From: a virus
Reading direction: 5' to 3' (one strand)
IMG/VR virus record: IMGVR_UViG_3300032241_002567
Coordinates: 64,001-128,000 of that record
DNA: 64,000 nucleotides
The notes beneath the pieces are model-generated. The model was given only the letters and a program-made list of their open reading frames with translations. It ran no database searches and was not told the DNA's origin. Shown piece by piece: positions 48,811 through 58,409 of this stretch. Every line of letters starts with the position of its first letter. Position 1 is the stretch's first letter. The position numbers and the translations under genes are program-made.

Positions 48811-50065
48811 TTTTACTTATCGGTCTTTCGAAAGATTTTACACTTATACCATTTTTGATTGCAGTTAAAATTCCAGCAGCTTCAAAATAATTATTGGCTC
48901 TAAAAAAATGTCCAAATTTCCAAGGAAGTTTGTCTAAATCATTTTTCATCATATTTCTATTGTCATTGATAGCAATAACAATTATATCCTGTTCTAACGC
49001 CGCTAAAAGCGGTAATCCTATGCATCTATCCGGAGTAATTAAAACATGTATATCTCTATTAGTAAATATTCCAGGTTCTATAATATAATCAACTATTTTT
49101 GGAGCTTTATGCATACCTTTTATAGTGCAAAATAATTCAGTTTTAGACATTACTTCCGGAGATTTAACCGGGTCTACAACTTTATTACCTTGAAATTGAA
49201 ATATATCATTATTATCAAATAACATAGGTGAGTGTGCTACATTTACTTTTAATAATTTGGAAAGTGAGTGTGTAATTATACTTTCAATTCCACCCCAAGG
49301 ATTTACATCTATTTTATTTTCAAAATAAGCAACTGTTATATCATATTCACCATCTATTTTTGTATGTAAAATAAAAGAATCGTATTCTTTAATATATTTC
49401 TTCATAACATTAATTAAACGTTCAAAATATTCAATAGAACCTACTGCTATGCTATTATCATTATAAAATGATTTATATTCTGGTATATCTTCTAATCTCA
49501 AAACATCAATCTCACAACCTAATGTAACTCTTGCAGATGATGCTGCATTTACTGCTAATGCTTCCACCTCTTTATCATTTTTATCATATAGCATTAAAAT
49601 TCTATTAGATAAAACAGGTTGTAATCCTATATTTCCTAATATAAAATCATTTAAAACACTACCTTCTAAATAATAAGTATTAGATGTCATTTCATTTATA
49701 TCAGCAGCATTTACAACATTAGGATGTGTAAATAAATTATCAACTACATTTCCTATTAATCTTGCAGCAACATTTCCATCCCCAGAATCTCCACCAATTT
49801 CTGAACCTATCCCAGTAGGAATTATCATCATTGCGTTAAAATTTAAATTATTTGTTGTTTTTCTTGGATTAAATTTGAATATATTATTAGGAACGATATT
49901 GTCTATATTTTGTATCTCGGCATATTCACATTCTATATTTGAATAGTTATTTACTATAGCAAATCTTGTAACGAATTTATTTTCATATAATTCTTTAAGT
50001 TTTTGGATATTACCTCTTTTTTGCAGAGTAAAATCAAAAATTGATTGGTTTTGGATAATGTTCAT
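48797..50065 (-). CDS. DUF3326-family protein
   Basis: IPTGIG.EIGG..GD...ARL....D.L.THPNVVN, YLEG, PWGG.E...H, AHSP, NY.EAAG. Confidence 0.8.
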   Translation of the reverse strand: MNIIQNQSIFDFTLQKRGNIQKLKELYENKFVTRFAIVNNYSNIECEYAEIQNIDNIVPNNIFKFNPRKTTNNLNFNAMMIIPTGIGSEIGGDSGDGNVAARLIGNVVDNLFTHPNVVNAADINEMTSNTYYLEGSVLNDFILGNIGLQPVLSNRILMLYDKNDKEVEALAVNAASSARVTLGCEIDVLRLEDIPEYKSFYNDNSIAVGSIEYFERLINVMKKYIKEYDSFILHTKIDGEYDITVAYFENKIDVNPWGGIESIITHSLSKLLKVNVAHSPMLFDNNDIFQFQGNKVVDPVKSPEVMSKTELFCTIKGMHKAPKIVDYIIEPGIFTNRDIHVLITPDRCIGLPLLAALEQDIIVIAINDNRNMMKNDLDKLPWKFGHFFRANNYFEAAGILTAIKNGISVKSFERPISKTTIL

Positions 50066-50106
50066 TTGTTACGAATTTTTTTAATATATATAAAAAAATT
50101 GTTATT

Positions 50107-50967
50107 ATGTTGTTAAATTACGAAGACCATAAAAATCTTAAAGATATTGAAAAATTACTCAAAAAACCAGTTAATGGCGGAAAAGATAATGAAAGAAGTA
50201 TTTTAAATAAATTAAAATCTTTAAGATATAAAGAGTTAGATAATAAAATAATTACTAAAATATTAAATCATTTTGTCGAATCTGACGAAGATTTTATAAA
50301 TGATCCAAAATGGGGTCTCAATGCTGAATATACATTTGATGCAAGTAAATTTTTAATTAATTTAAAAAAATCTAAATTATCTTTTATGGATTTTTTTACA
50401 AGGAAATTAAATCAAAAATTGCATATTCAAATCGGTGAAAATGCTAAAAAATGTAATATGATTATACCTAATGAGTGCTATATAGAATCAATAGGTAATT
50501 TTAATAAGGAAGGCAGACCTGAAAATAAAATTTTAAGATTAAAAAAATCTTCTGGTAAATACGCCACAGAAGATTTGAAAAAACTTAATATTGATGTAGA
50601 AGGTTATAATTATATAAATATGAAACTTTTAGTTACATTTTATCATAGAATTCATTGTCCAATATCTGGTAAAATAACTCAAATGATTCCTATTGAAGGT
50701 AAAGATGATTTTTTTGGTAAAAATACACTATGGATTATTAAATTTGAAACTGAAAAGAGTCCAGTTTATTTAATGCTTGTTGGAGAATCTACTATACAGG
50801 ATTTTGATTTTCTAAAGGAAAAAGAAGATAATGTAAATATTTATGATTATTTAGGATATTTTAATTGGGGTTCACAAACGGTTATATTATATAATCCGAA
50901 AGATTTTTCTGAGTTAGAAATAGAAGCTAAGAAAAAATACTTTGTGGGAGATTGTATATTTAAATAG
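50107..50967 (+). CDS. psd: Phosphatidylserine decarboxylase-family (pyruvoyl) proenzyme
   Basis: FMDFFTRKL, YHRIHCPISG, LVG, autocleavage motif GYFNWG/SQTVIL. Confidence 0.75.
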   Translation: MLLNYEDHKNLKDIEKLLKKPVNGGKDNERSILNKLKSLRYKELDNKIITKILNHFVESDEDFINDPKWGLNAEYTFDASKFLINLKKSKLSFMDFFTRKLNQKLHIQIGENAKKCNMIIPNECYIESIGNFNKEGRPENKILRLKKSSGKYATEDLKKLNIDVEGYNYINMKLLVTFYHRIHCPISGKITQMIPIEGKDDFFGKNTLWIIKFETEKSPVYLMLVGESTIQDFDFLKEKEDNVNIYDYLGYFNWGSQTVILYNPKDFSELEIEAKKKYFVGDCIFK

Positions 50968-51021
50968 GAAGATTATAACTTTAGATATATAATTAAAAAT
51001 AATTAAAAATAATTAAAATTT

Positions 51022-52806
51022 ATGGCTAGTTATAATCCAATAAATCAAGGTCAAGGCAATGTTAATATTGCATCTATGGCTGGTGAAAATAAAGGTATAT
51101 TTAATAGATTACTTAGAAACTTGTCTAACTTTGGAATGAAGTATGATGATATGATAATAAGAAACACAGTGGGTATATCAATGAACGAGGACCCATTATC
51201 ACAGAAAAATAATTCTATGTATGATTTTTTTAGTCAGAGAGCAATTGCACAAGTTTTAAACAAAAAAGCAATACCATACTTAGATAAATCTTATTCAGAT
51301 AAAAGAAGAATTCTTAGAGAATATTCTATTAAGGATGAAATTAGAGATTATATCTCAATAATATCTGATGAAGCAATCATTTTTAACGGACAAGACTTTT
51401 GTTCCCCAGTTCCTCTATCAAATAGTTATTCTAGTGAAATAAGAAATAAATATCAAGAATTTTTTGAAAAAATCTATAATAGGTATAGTTTTTCTGATAC
51501 AATTACAGCATGGAATTTAATGAAAGATTTTTTAATTGATGGTTTTATAGCTTTCGAAATTGTATGGGACGATAAAAAACAAAATATTATTTCTTTTAAC
51601 AGATTAAGACCTGATACATTGGTTCCTTCTTATGAGCCAACTATTGGAAATTTATGGATACAATATCCAGAAGATCCGCAATTAAGAAGAATATTCTTAG
51701 ATTCTCAATTAATTTTAATTTCTTACACAACACAGAATGATTTTTCCGAAACTTCCTATGTCGAAGGTTTAATTAAACCTTATAATCAATTAAAGATAAT
51801 TGAGCAAACTAGAATAATGTATAATATTATTAATGCAACAGTTTATCAAAAATTTACAATACCAACTAAAGGTTTATCGAGACAAAAAGCTGAAGAGCAA
51901 ATTGGACAATTAATAGCTAATTATTCTGAACATGTTGAATGGGACGATTCATTAGGCACATTATTAATAAATGGTAGTAAACATTTACCTTACAATAAAC
52001 AACTTTGGTTTCCTGATGGCGATCAAGGAACTCCACAATTTGAGTTGGTTTCTCCTACCGGTAATGATTTAAATGAAGAAGGTGTTTTAAAATATTTTGC
52101 TAATAATTTAAAAAGAGCCTCAAAGATTCCTATGCCACGATTTGATTTTGCAGCAGGTGGTGGAAATATTTTTACTTTAGATGCAGCTGACGTAAATGTA
52201 GAAGAAAATAAATTTGCTAATTTTATTAATAGGTTAAGAGCTAATTTTAAAGAATTAATTACAAAACCTTTAAAATTACAAATGTGTATGGAATTTCCTG
52301 AATTAAAAGATGATGAAGTATTTTTAAACAATATAGATATAGCTTTTAGTTCAAATCAAACTATAGAAGAATGGAAAAGAATTAAAACTTATACAAAAAA
52401 AATAGAAGCAGCAACGAATGTTCAGAATCTTAAAAAAGAAGATGGAACTTCCTATTTTCATATTGATTTTATTGTTAATAATATTTTAAAATTAACACAA
52501 CAAGAAATAGAAGAAAATCAAGCTTATTGGATTAAATCTAAAAGCACTGGTGTAGCAGTTCCTGGAACACAAGGAGCAGCCCCCGGTAGCGAATTAGGTG
52601 GAATTCCTGGTGGTGAATTAGGTGGATCTCCTGGTGGTGAATTAGGTGGATCTCCTGGTGGCGAATTAGGTGGGACAACTCCGCAAGGTGGACAATCTGG
52701 TGCAGAAACCACACCATCTGAAGGTGGCCAATCAGGAGCACAAACTAAACCACCAGCACAAGGCGGTGCACAAGCGGGAGGAGGAACCCCAGAATTTGAA
52801 TTCTAA
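51022..52806 (+). CDS. Portal protein (T4 gp20-like)
   Basis: FLIDG, SYVE..IKPYNQL.IIE..RI.Y, I.T.GLS..KAE, YF...L..A.KIP..R, E.KF..FI.RLR..F. Confidence 0.92.
   Translation: MASYNPINQGQGNVNIASMAGENKGIFNRLLRNLSNFGMKYDDMIIRNTVGISMNEDPLSQKNNSMYDFFSQRAIAQVLNKKAIPYLDKSYSDKRRILREYSIKDEIRDYISIISDEAIIFNGQDFCSPVPLSNSYSSEIRNKYQEFFEKIYNRYSFSDTITAWNLMKDFLIDGFIAFEIVWDDKKQNIISFNRLRPDTLVPSYEPTIGNLWIQYPEDPQLRRIFLDSQLILISYTTQNDFSETSYVEGLIKPYNQLKIIEQTRIMYNIINATVYQKFTIPTKGLSRQKAEEQIGQLIANYSEHVEWDDSLGTLLINGSKHLPYNKQLWFPDGDQGTPQFELVSPTGNDLNEEGVLKYFANNLKRASKIPMPRFDFAAGGGNIFTLDAADVNVEENKFANFINRLRANFKELITKPLKLQMCMEFPELKDDEVFLNNIDIAFSSNQTIEEWKRIKTYTKKIEAATNVQNLKKEDGTSYFHIDFIVNNILKLTQQEIEENQAYWIKSKSTGVAVPGTQGAAPGSELGGIPGGELGGSPGGELGGSPGGELGGTTPQGGQSGAETTPSEGGQSGAQTKPPAQGGAQAGGGTPEFEF
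52582..52675 (+). repeat. 24-bp tandem repeat (PGGELGGS x4) in the portal C-terminal tail
   Basis: cctggtggtgaattaggtggatct units. Confidence 0.85.
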
Positions 52807-52869
52807 AAGATTGAATAAATTAAAAAACCTTAACTAAATGTTAAGGTTTTTTAATTTATTCAATCTTTT
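52805..52869. terminator. Perfect 30-bp-arm palindromic bidirectional terminator
   Basis: aaaagattgaataaattaaaaaaccttaac-taaat-exact reverse complement. Confidence 0.88.
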
Positions 52870-53239
52870 TCTTTTTCGGATTATCTACACCATATTTTTC
52901 AATTAAAGTATTTTGTATTTTATCTTTAATTTCTTGATTTTGTATAGGGTAATCAACACCATAATTTTTATTTAATGATCTTCTTCTTTTGTGTTCTGAG
53001 CATTTCCTGCAATTATATTCTCCCCAATTATTATCATATTTTATATAATTTTTATACATTACTTCTTTTTCTTTACCACAAAAATCACATTTACACAAAA
53101 TTTTATAATGACTTCCAGTAGATAATAAACCTGGTGGTATAACTATTGTATCACCTATACTAACACTATATCCACATTCTTCATAATGTTCATAATTAGA
53201 TTCACTTATTTTTACAGTGACTTCTTTTGTAAGTATCAT
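52856..53239 (-). CDS. Nuclease-less relative of the 42217 endonuclease (Zn ribbon plus two YGV repeats)
   Basis: CDFC/CRKC, KNYGVDYP, EKYGVDNP; similar to the N-terminus of 42217..44070. Confidence 0.7.
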   Translation of the reverse strand: MILTKEVTVKISESNYEHYEECGYSVSIGDTIVIPPGLLSTGSHYKILCKCDFCGKEKEVMYKNYIKYDNNWGEYNCRKCSEHKRRRSLNKNYGVDYPIQNQEIKDKIQNTLIEKYGVDNPKKKKIE

Positions 53240-53261
53240 TTTAAATATTTATTTTTATATA

Positions 53262-53606
53262 TTATAATACCACACCTCGACTTATATTATTTATAGGATA
53301 AATATTTAAACCTAAATTATTTCCATCAATAAAAAATTCTTTTAGATAGGAACTATTCTCACCTAAACTATTTATTATACTTTTCATATGATTACCTATT
53401 TTTGTATCAACAAACTCAATTATTGCCCACATTTCTTCATTAATAATGATTAATTCTTTTACTTTATGAGATACATCATTTAAACGATTAAATCTGTAGT
53501 TATGAATTTCATCTTGACAACCAGTTAATTTATCATCTTTTATTTTTTCTAAAAAATATTTGAGATGTTCATCTTCTATTATTGGAAAAATTTTAATTTT
53601 ATACAT
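53262..53606 (-). CDS. Degenerate prohead-protease (gp21-like) paralog
   Basis: LNDVSHKVKE...IEFVDTKIG..MKSII resembles LQRASHIVKE...IQLLSTFWG.EARAL of the adjacent protease. Confidence 0.5.
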   Translation of the reverse strand: MYKIKIFPIIEDEHLKYFLEKIKDDKLTGCQDEIHNYRFNRLNDVSHKVKELIIINEEMWAIIEFVDTKIGNHMKSIINSLGENSSYLKEFFIDGNNLGLNIYPINNISRGVVL

Positions 53607-53763
53607 ATAAATTTTATATTGAATATTTAAATAAGTTTATAAAAAATCCACATAATTTCATTATTTATTGATATTTGCAATAATGGCGACTATAAACAAT
53701 CCGTCGTTTTTAAATTAGATATAAACCAAGTGATATATATACTATAAAAATAAATTATAACAA

Positions 53764-55905
53764 ATGAAACCAGTAATGATTATTGAAAACAATAATAATC
53801 CATTAAGTTTAAACGAAGATGTTTTTAATTCTGGTGGTAAAAAGTCTTATTTACTTGGTGGTATATTCACGGAATTCGATATTAAAAATCGCAATGAAAG
53901 AGTTTATACTGCTCCTAAATTTTTACCATGTCTAGAAGAATTAAATAATAGAATCTCTAATATGGGTGTATATGGAGAATTTGACCATCCAGATGTATTT
54001 GATACTTCTTTACAAAGAGCTTCACATATAGTTAAAGAAGCTACTTTTAATAGAGAGGCGAATAGAGTTGAAGGTAAAATTCAACTGTTATCGACATTCT
54101 GGGGAAAGGAAGCAAGAGCATTGGTAGAAGATCAATGCCCTATTTTCGTTTCTTCAAGAGCCGCTGGTGTAACCGAAAATGATGGAACTGTTACACTTAA
54201 AAAATTATTCACTTATGATATAGTCGCTGATCCTGGATTTGGCTCAGCTAAAATGAATTCTATAAATGAATCTTTAAAATTACCAACAAATACTAACTAT
54301 AGGATATACGAAATGTCCGATGAGTCAAAAATTAACGATATATTCAATATGAACAACAATGATTTTGTTACAAGAGAACAACTATCAAGCTATTCAGATT
54401 TCTTAATCAAAGAGATTAATAAAACTAAGAAATCAGTAAATGAAGCTTTAAAGAAAGGTAATATAGAACCTAAAAAATTAGAACAACTTATGGAATACCA
54501 AGAAGTTTTAAATCAAACTAATGCTCAAATGGTTAAGTACTTAGATTATTTAGCTGAAACAGTTCAAGTAGTAGTTAATGAAAATAAAAGTTTAAAAGAA
54601 ACTGCGGATAAACTTATCGCACATAATGATTATTTAACTGAAAATCTTGAAAAAAATATAAACTATGTTGAATATTTAGCTGAGAATGTTGATAAATCAA
54701 TTGGATATCAAGAATATTTAGCTGAGAATTTAGACAAAGCTATTGGATATCAAGAATATTTAGCTGAAAATTTGGATAAATCAATTGGTTATCAAGAGTA
54801 TATTGCTGAAAATTTGGATAAAGCAATTGCTTATGGTGAATATATTGCTGAAAATTTAGACAAATCTATTGCTTATGGCGAATATATTGCTGAAAATGTT
54901 GATAATGCTATTGCGTATTCTGAATATTTAGCGGAACATGTTGAAGGAAATATTGCATATTCTGAATATATAGCAGAACATTTAGATGATAATATCGCAT
55001 ATGGTGAATATATTGCTGAGAATCTTGATAAAGCTATTTCATATTCAGGTATGATTTCTGAAAAATTAAATGGTAATAAAGTTAATGAATCTACAACAAT
55101 TATACCAACTCTTGAGGAATGGGGATTTGAAAATGAAATCACAGAAGAAGAACCTATTGCAGCCGAAATTGAAGAAGTAATAGAAGAAATACCATCAGAA
55201 GAAACATCATCAGAAGAAATTACTTCGGATGAAATTGAAACTAATATAGTTTCAGAAGTTCCTAGTGAAGAAATTATTACTGAAATACCTTCAGAAGAAG
55301 ATACTGTAGTTTTTGAAATTCCATCTTCTGAATTTACAAGTGAAATTCCAAGTGAAATATCAATAGAAACTCCTACATTTACTGGCGAATCTGATACTGA
55401 ATTATCTTTGCAGATAGATAATTTAATTGCTGAAGCTAAGAAAAGAAAAGTAGTTGAATCAAATGATTTACATTTCTTGAAATTTTTAAATAAAGCGCAA
55501 ATTGATAGTTATTACAGTTTAACTAATGAGGAACAAGAAGTTGTTAAATTACACATTAACGGTAAATCTTATTTTAATAATACCGATGTTTTAAAATTAG
55601 TACAAGAAGCTTTATCTGTAAAAGCAGAGACTATGGAAGAAAAAATTGTAAGATTAATTCCAGAATCATTAAAAAATTCTTGGGAAACTTTGAATGAAAG
55701 TGCAAAGAAATCTATTTTATCACAAGCTAAATTAGGTTATGATTTAACTACGGAATCATCAATTGAACACTTCTGGTATACTAGAAATTTAAAGAAAAAT
55801 GAATCTACCAAGACATTGGTAAATCATGATTCTTTAATTCAAGAAGATAAACTTTCTGAGAAAGATGTAAATGCAATTTTAGAAAGAATTAAAAGTTTGA
55901 AATAA
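53764..55905 (+). CDS. Prohead protease (gp21-like) fused to a scaffold/core protein (gp22-like)
   Basis: NRNERVY, GEFDHP (His), ASH, VSSRA.G (Ser), YDIVADP; then a coiled coil, 14-aa repeats and an acidic region; lies between portal and MCP. Confidence 0.88.
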   Translation: MKPVMIIENNNNPLSLNEDVFNSGGKKSYLLGGIFTEFDIKNRNERVYTAPKFLPCLEELNNRISNMGVYGEFDHPDVFDTSLQRASHIVKEATFNREANRVEGKIQLLSTFWGKEARALVEDQCPIFVSSRAAGVTENDGTVTLKKLFTYDIVADPGFGSAKMNSINESLKLPTNTNYRIYEMSDESKINDIFNMNNNDFVTREQLSSYSDFLIKEINKTKKSVNEALKKGNIEPKKLEQLMEYQEVLNQTNAQMVKYLDYLAETVQVVVNENKSLKETADKLIAHNDYLTENLEKNINYVEYLAENVDKSIGYQEYLAENLDKAIGYQEYLAENLDKSIGYQEYIAENLDKAIAYGEYIAENLDKSIAYGEYIAENVDNAIAYSEYLAEHVEGNIAYSEYIAEHLDDNIAYGEYIAENLDKAISYSGMISEKLNGNKVNESTTIIPTLEEWGFENEITEEEPIAAEIEEVIEEIPSEETSSEEITSDEIETNIVSEVPSEEIITEIPSEEDTVVFEIPSSEFTSEIPSEISIETPTFTGESDTELSLQIDNLIAEAKKRKVVESNDLHFLKFLNKAQIDSYYSLTNEEQEVVKLHINGKSYFNNTDVLKLVQEALSVKAETMEEKIVRLIPESLKNSWETLNESAKKSILSQAKLGYDLTTESSIEHFWYTRNLKKNESTKTLVNHDSLIQEDKLSEKDVNAILERIKSLK
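54613..55074 (+). repeat. Eleven 42-bp / 14-aa tandem repeats (xIxYxEY[LI]AENLDK)
   Basis: Runs from LIAHNDYLTENLEK to AISYSGMISEKLNG. Confidence 0.9.
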
Positions 55906-55922
55906 TTAATAATTAAATCTAT

Positions 55923-55956
55923 AAATAATCCTCCCTTTTTAAGGGAGGATTATTTG
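55923..55956. terminator. Intrinsic terminator between scaffold and MCP
   Basis: aaataatcctccctt-ttt-aagggaggattattt. Confidence 0.75.
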
Positions 55957-56081
55957 TTTTATATATATTATTAACACAGCAATGTGTATATAATAAAGTA
56001 AAAACGATAAAAAATCCAACCTTGAAAAAATAAGGGTTTTGAGAGTTATATATACTTTATAAAAAAAAAAATAAAAATATT

Positions 56082-57854
56082 ATGAATCACATTCGTATAG
56101 ACAAACAAAAAGCTATTAACAAATGGGCTCCTGTATTGGAGAACATGGGTGTTAAAGATGCTGATAGAATTGATTGGATGGCGGAATATGCTGAGTATCA
56201 TGCTATAAACGAAAATGCGTATGCAAACGTTTCTAACGTAGCTGGTTTAGGTACTATCACTGCACCACAAGCATCATTATTACCAGGTACTACAATCGGT
56301 ACTAACTGGTCAGCAAATAGCGGTACAAATGGTTCTGGTGATTTAGGTCAAAACTTATTACCAGTTGCTATGAAAATTGCTGCTCAAACAATAGGTTTAG
56401 ATCTAGTTGCTGTAAAACCAACTCCAGGTCCTAAAATGGATTTACTTTATATTGATTTTCAATATGATGATACAAATACAGGTAATTCTGATGAAAGACC
56501 AACTGTATTTAAATTAGATTTCTCTATTTCAGGAGCTGCTGGTTTATCTACTTTACAAGGTACTATTTCAACTGACTTAACAGCTACATCAATAATTCAA
56601 TCTGTTGGTGGATTAACTAAAACTGATGGTACACCAGCTAGAATCTTTACCAAGATTAATAATAATCCTGGCACATTCTCTAATGGTTTATTTTACACTA
56701 CAACAGACCCTAATACTGCTGGTGCAAATCTTTCTGGTATAGTTGAATTTTTAGGATATTCAAGAATTGATGGATATCCAATGTTCAGAGCATTTAAACA
56801 ATCAAACACTGCTCAAACATTATCATATCCTTATGTTAATACTAACACATCTGCTGGTACAGTATGGGGCTTCGATCCAACAAGAAATACTTTTGGACCA
56901 ACAAACTCTATGATTTCACAAATTTCACAAGTATTTGGAGTATCTGGTATGACATTTGGTATATCTCTAATCTCAGCATTAGAAGATCATATTCCAGGTT
57001 ATGTATCTAACTTTAATGCTGGTGGTAGATATCCAATGGATCGTGCACAAGAAGAAAACATCTACGCTGGTCAAATCGGTCCAAAGATTTCTTCCAAATC
57101 AATCGCTGTTGGTACAATTGAAGTTTCTTCTGCTTTAAGAAGAACAGAAATTGAAGATATTAAAGCTAATACAGGCATGGATATCGTCCAAAAAATGGAA
57201 TCAATACTTGTTAATGAATTATCTCAAACAATTTCTAAACAAATCGTAGGTAAAATATTTGAAATGGGTGGTATTAATAGACAATCAGCTCCTCTTTATG
57301 CTGGTAATACTTCTTATAACTCAATTTCAGGTGCTACAATATTTGACTTAGATACAGCATATGTTCAAGCTGGTCCAGGTGGTGAAACTACTCACGCTGT
57401 TCAGCGTAAATTAATCACTAAAATGGTTCACGCTTCTAACTATATCGCAACAGAAGGACGTGTTGGTCCTGCTCAATTTGCAGTAACAAATGGTGCTCTT
57501 GCAGCTTCTTTAATGGATATTGCTGGTTATACAATCAATCCTCTTAAATCTAAATTAAATAGCTCAGGACAACTTTACCCAGTAGGACAAATCGGTGATA
57601 TTCAAGTATATGTTGATCCATATATGAAATACAATGATAACAGAATTGTTATTGGTAGAAAGAATAATCCAGATCAACCAGGTATTATATTTGTTCCTTA
57701 CTTAATGGCACAATCAATTAGCATCATCTCTGAAGCAACATTTGCTCCAAGAATGCTTTTAAGAAGCCGTTATGCAGTAGCAGAAGTGGGTTGGTATCCA
57801 CAAAAACAATTTATGACTATAATAGTTAATGATGCTTCACAATATCTTAACTAA
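56082..57854 (+). CDS. Major capsid protein (T4 gp23-like)
   Basis: KWAPVLE, propeptide ending AINE, IG.DLV.V.P, L.NEL...I, G.I....VYVDPY, G...PY, F.P.....SRY. Confidence 0.93.
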   Translation: MNHIRIDKQKAINKWAPVLENMGVKDADRIDWMAEYAEYHAINENAYANVSNVAGLGTITAPQASLLPGTTIGTNWSANSGTNGSGDLGQNLLPVAMKIAAQTIGLDLVAVKPTPGPKMDLLYIDFQYDDTNTGNSDERPTVFKLDFSISGAAGLSTLQGTISTDLTATSIIQSVGGLTKTDGTPARIFTKINNNPGTFSNGLFYTTTDPNTAGANLSGIVEFLGYSRIDGYPMFRAFKQSNTAQTLSYPYVNTNTSAGTVWGFDPTRNTFGPTNSMISQISQVFGVSGMTFGISLISALEDHIPGYVSNFNAGGRYPMDRAQEENIYAGQIGPKISSKSIAVGTIEVSSALRRTEIEDIKANTGMDIVQKMESILVNELSQTISKQIVGKIFEMGGINRQSAPLYAGNTSYNSISGATIFDLDTAYVQAGPGGETTHAVQRKLITKMVHASNYIATEGRVGPAQFAVTNGALAASLMDIAGYTINPLKSKLNSSGQLYPVGQIGDIQVYVDPYMKYNDNRIVIGRKNNPDQPGIIFVPYLMAQSISIISEATFAPRMLLRSRYAVAEVGWYPQKQFMTIIVNDASQYLN

Positions 57855-57866
57855 TAACCATAATTT

Positions 57867-57902
57867 AATAAAAAAAGTCCTCTTTAGAGGACTTTTTTTA
57901 TT
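57867..57902. terminator. Intrinsic terminator after MCP
   Basis: aataaaaaaagtcctct-tt-agaggactttttttatt. Confidence 0.8.
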
Positions 57903-57937
57903 TCTTTATTTTAATATATAAAATAAACTATTTTATT

Positions 57938-58351
57938 ATGTCAATACCTCTTTATTTGATAAATTCAATGACGTATTCAGGCGGAACAGTTTCTATAAAT
58001 GCAAACTGGTCTAATTTTCTTGTTGGTGTAACTACAAGTAATGTACCTTTAATAAGTATAAGTGGATTTTGGACTGGTGCAACATTATCATATACAAGCT
58101 CATTTGGATTAAATATGACTTATTCGTTTTCTCTAAGTTTATCAGCCTCTACTACTTATAATTTAACATTTTCGTATCTAAAATCTCCTTATTTGAATTA
58201 TCCATTAGATAATCCACAATATATAGCCGTAACAGGTGGTTCAATAAACAATGGTGGAATTCCTTATAATACTGGAATATATAATCCAGGTGGTTTGCAA
58301 ACACTTTATCAAGTTAATAGGGTTATATCAAATTACAGATTAAATACTTAA
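57938..58351 (+). CDS. Ser/Thr-rich beta protein, possible capsid decoration
   Basis: Late promoter at 57912-57920; follows MCP; N-terminus similar to 58410. Confidence 0.5.
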   Translation: MSIPLYLINSMTYSGGTVSINANWSNFLVGVTTSNVPLISISGFWTGATLSYTSSFGLNMTYSFSLSLSASTTYNLTFSYLKSPYLNYPLDNPQYIAVTGGSINNGGIPYNTGIYNPGGLQTLYQVNRVISNYRLNT

Positions 58352-58409
58352 ATAATAAAAAATGATTTTTAGAATATAATATATAATATAACAAAATAAC
58401 AAAATAACT

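Noticed and set aside
54613-55074. 42-bp repeats as a CRISPR array or DGR template/variable repeat
   Set aside because: Contiguous with no spacers, in frame, and variation is mostly synonymous rather than A-specific
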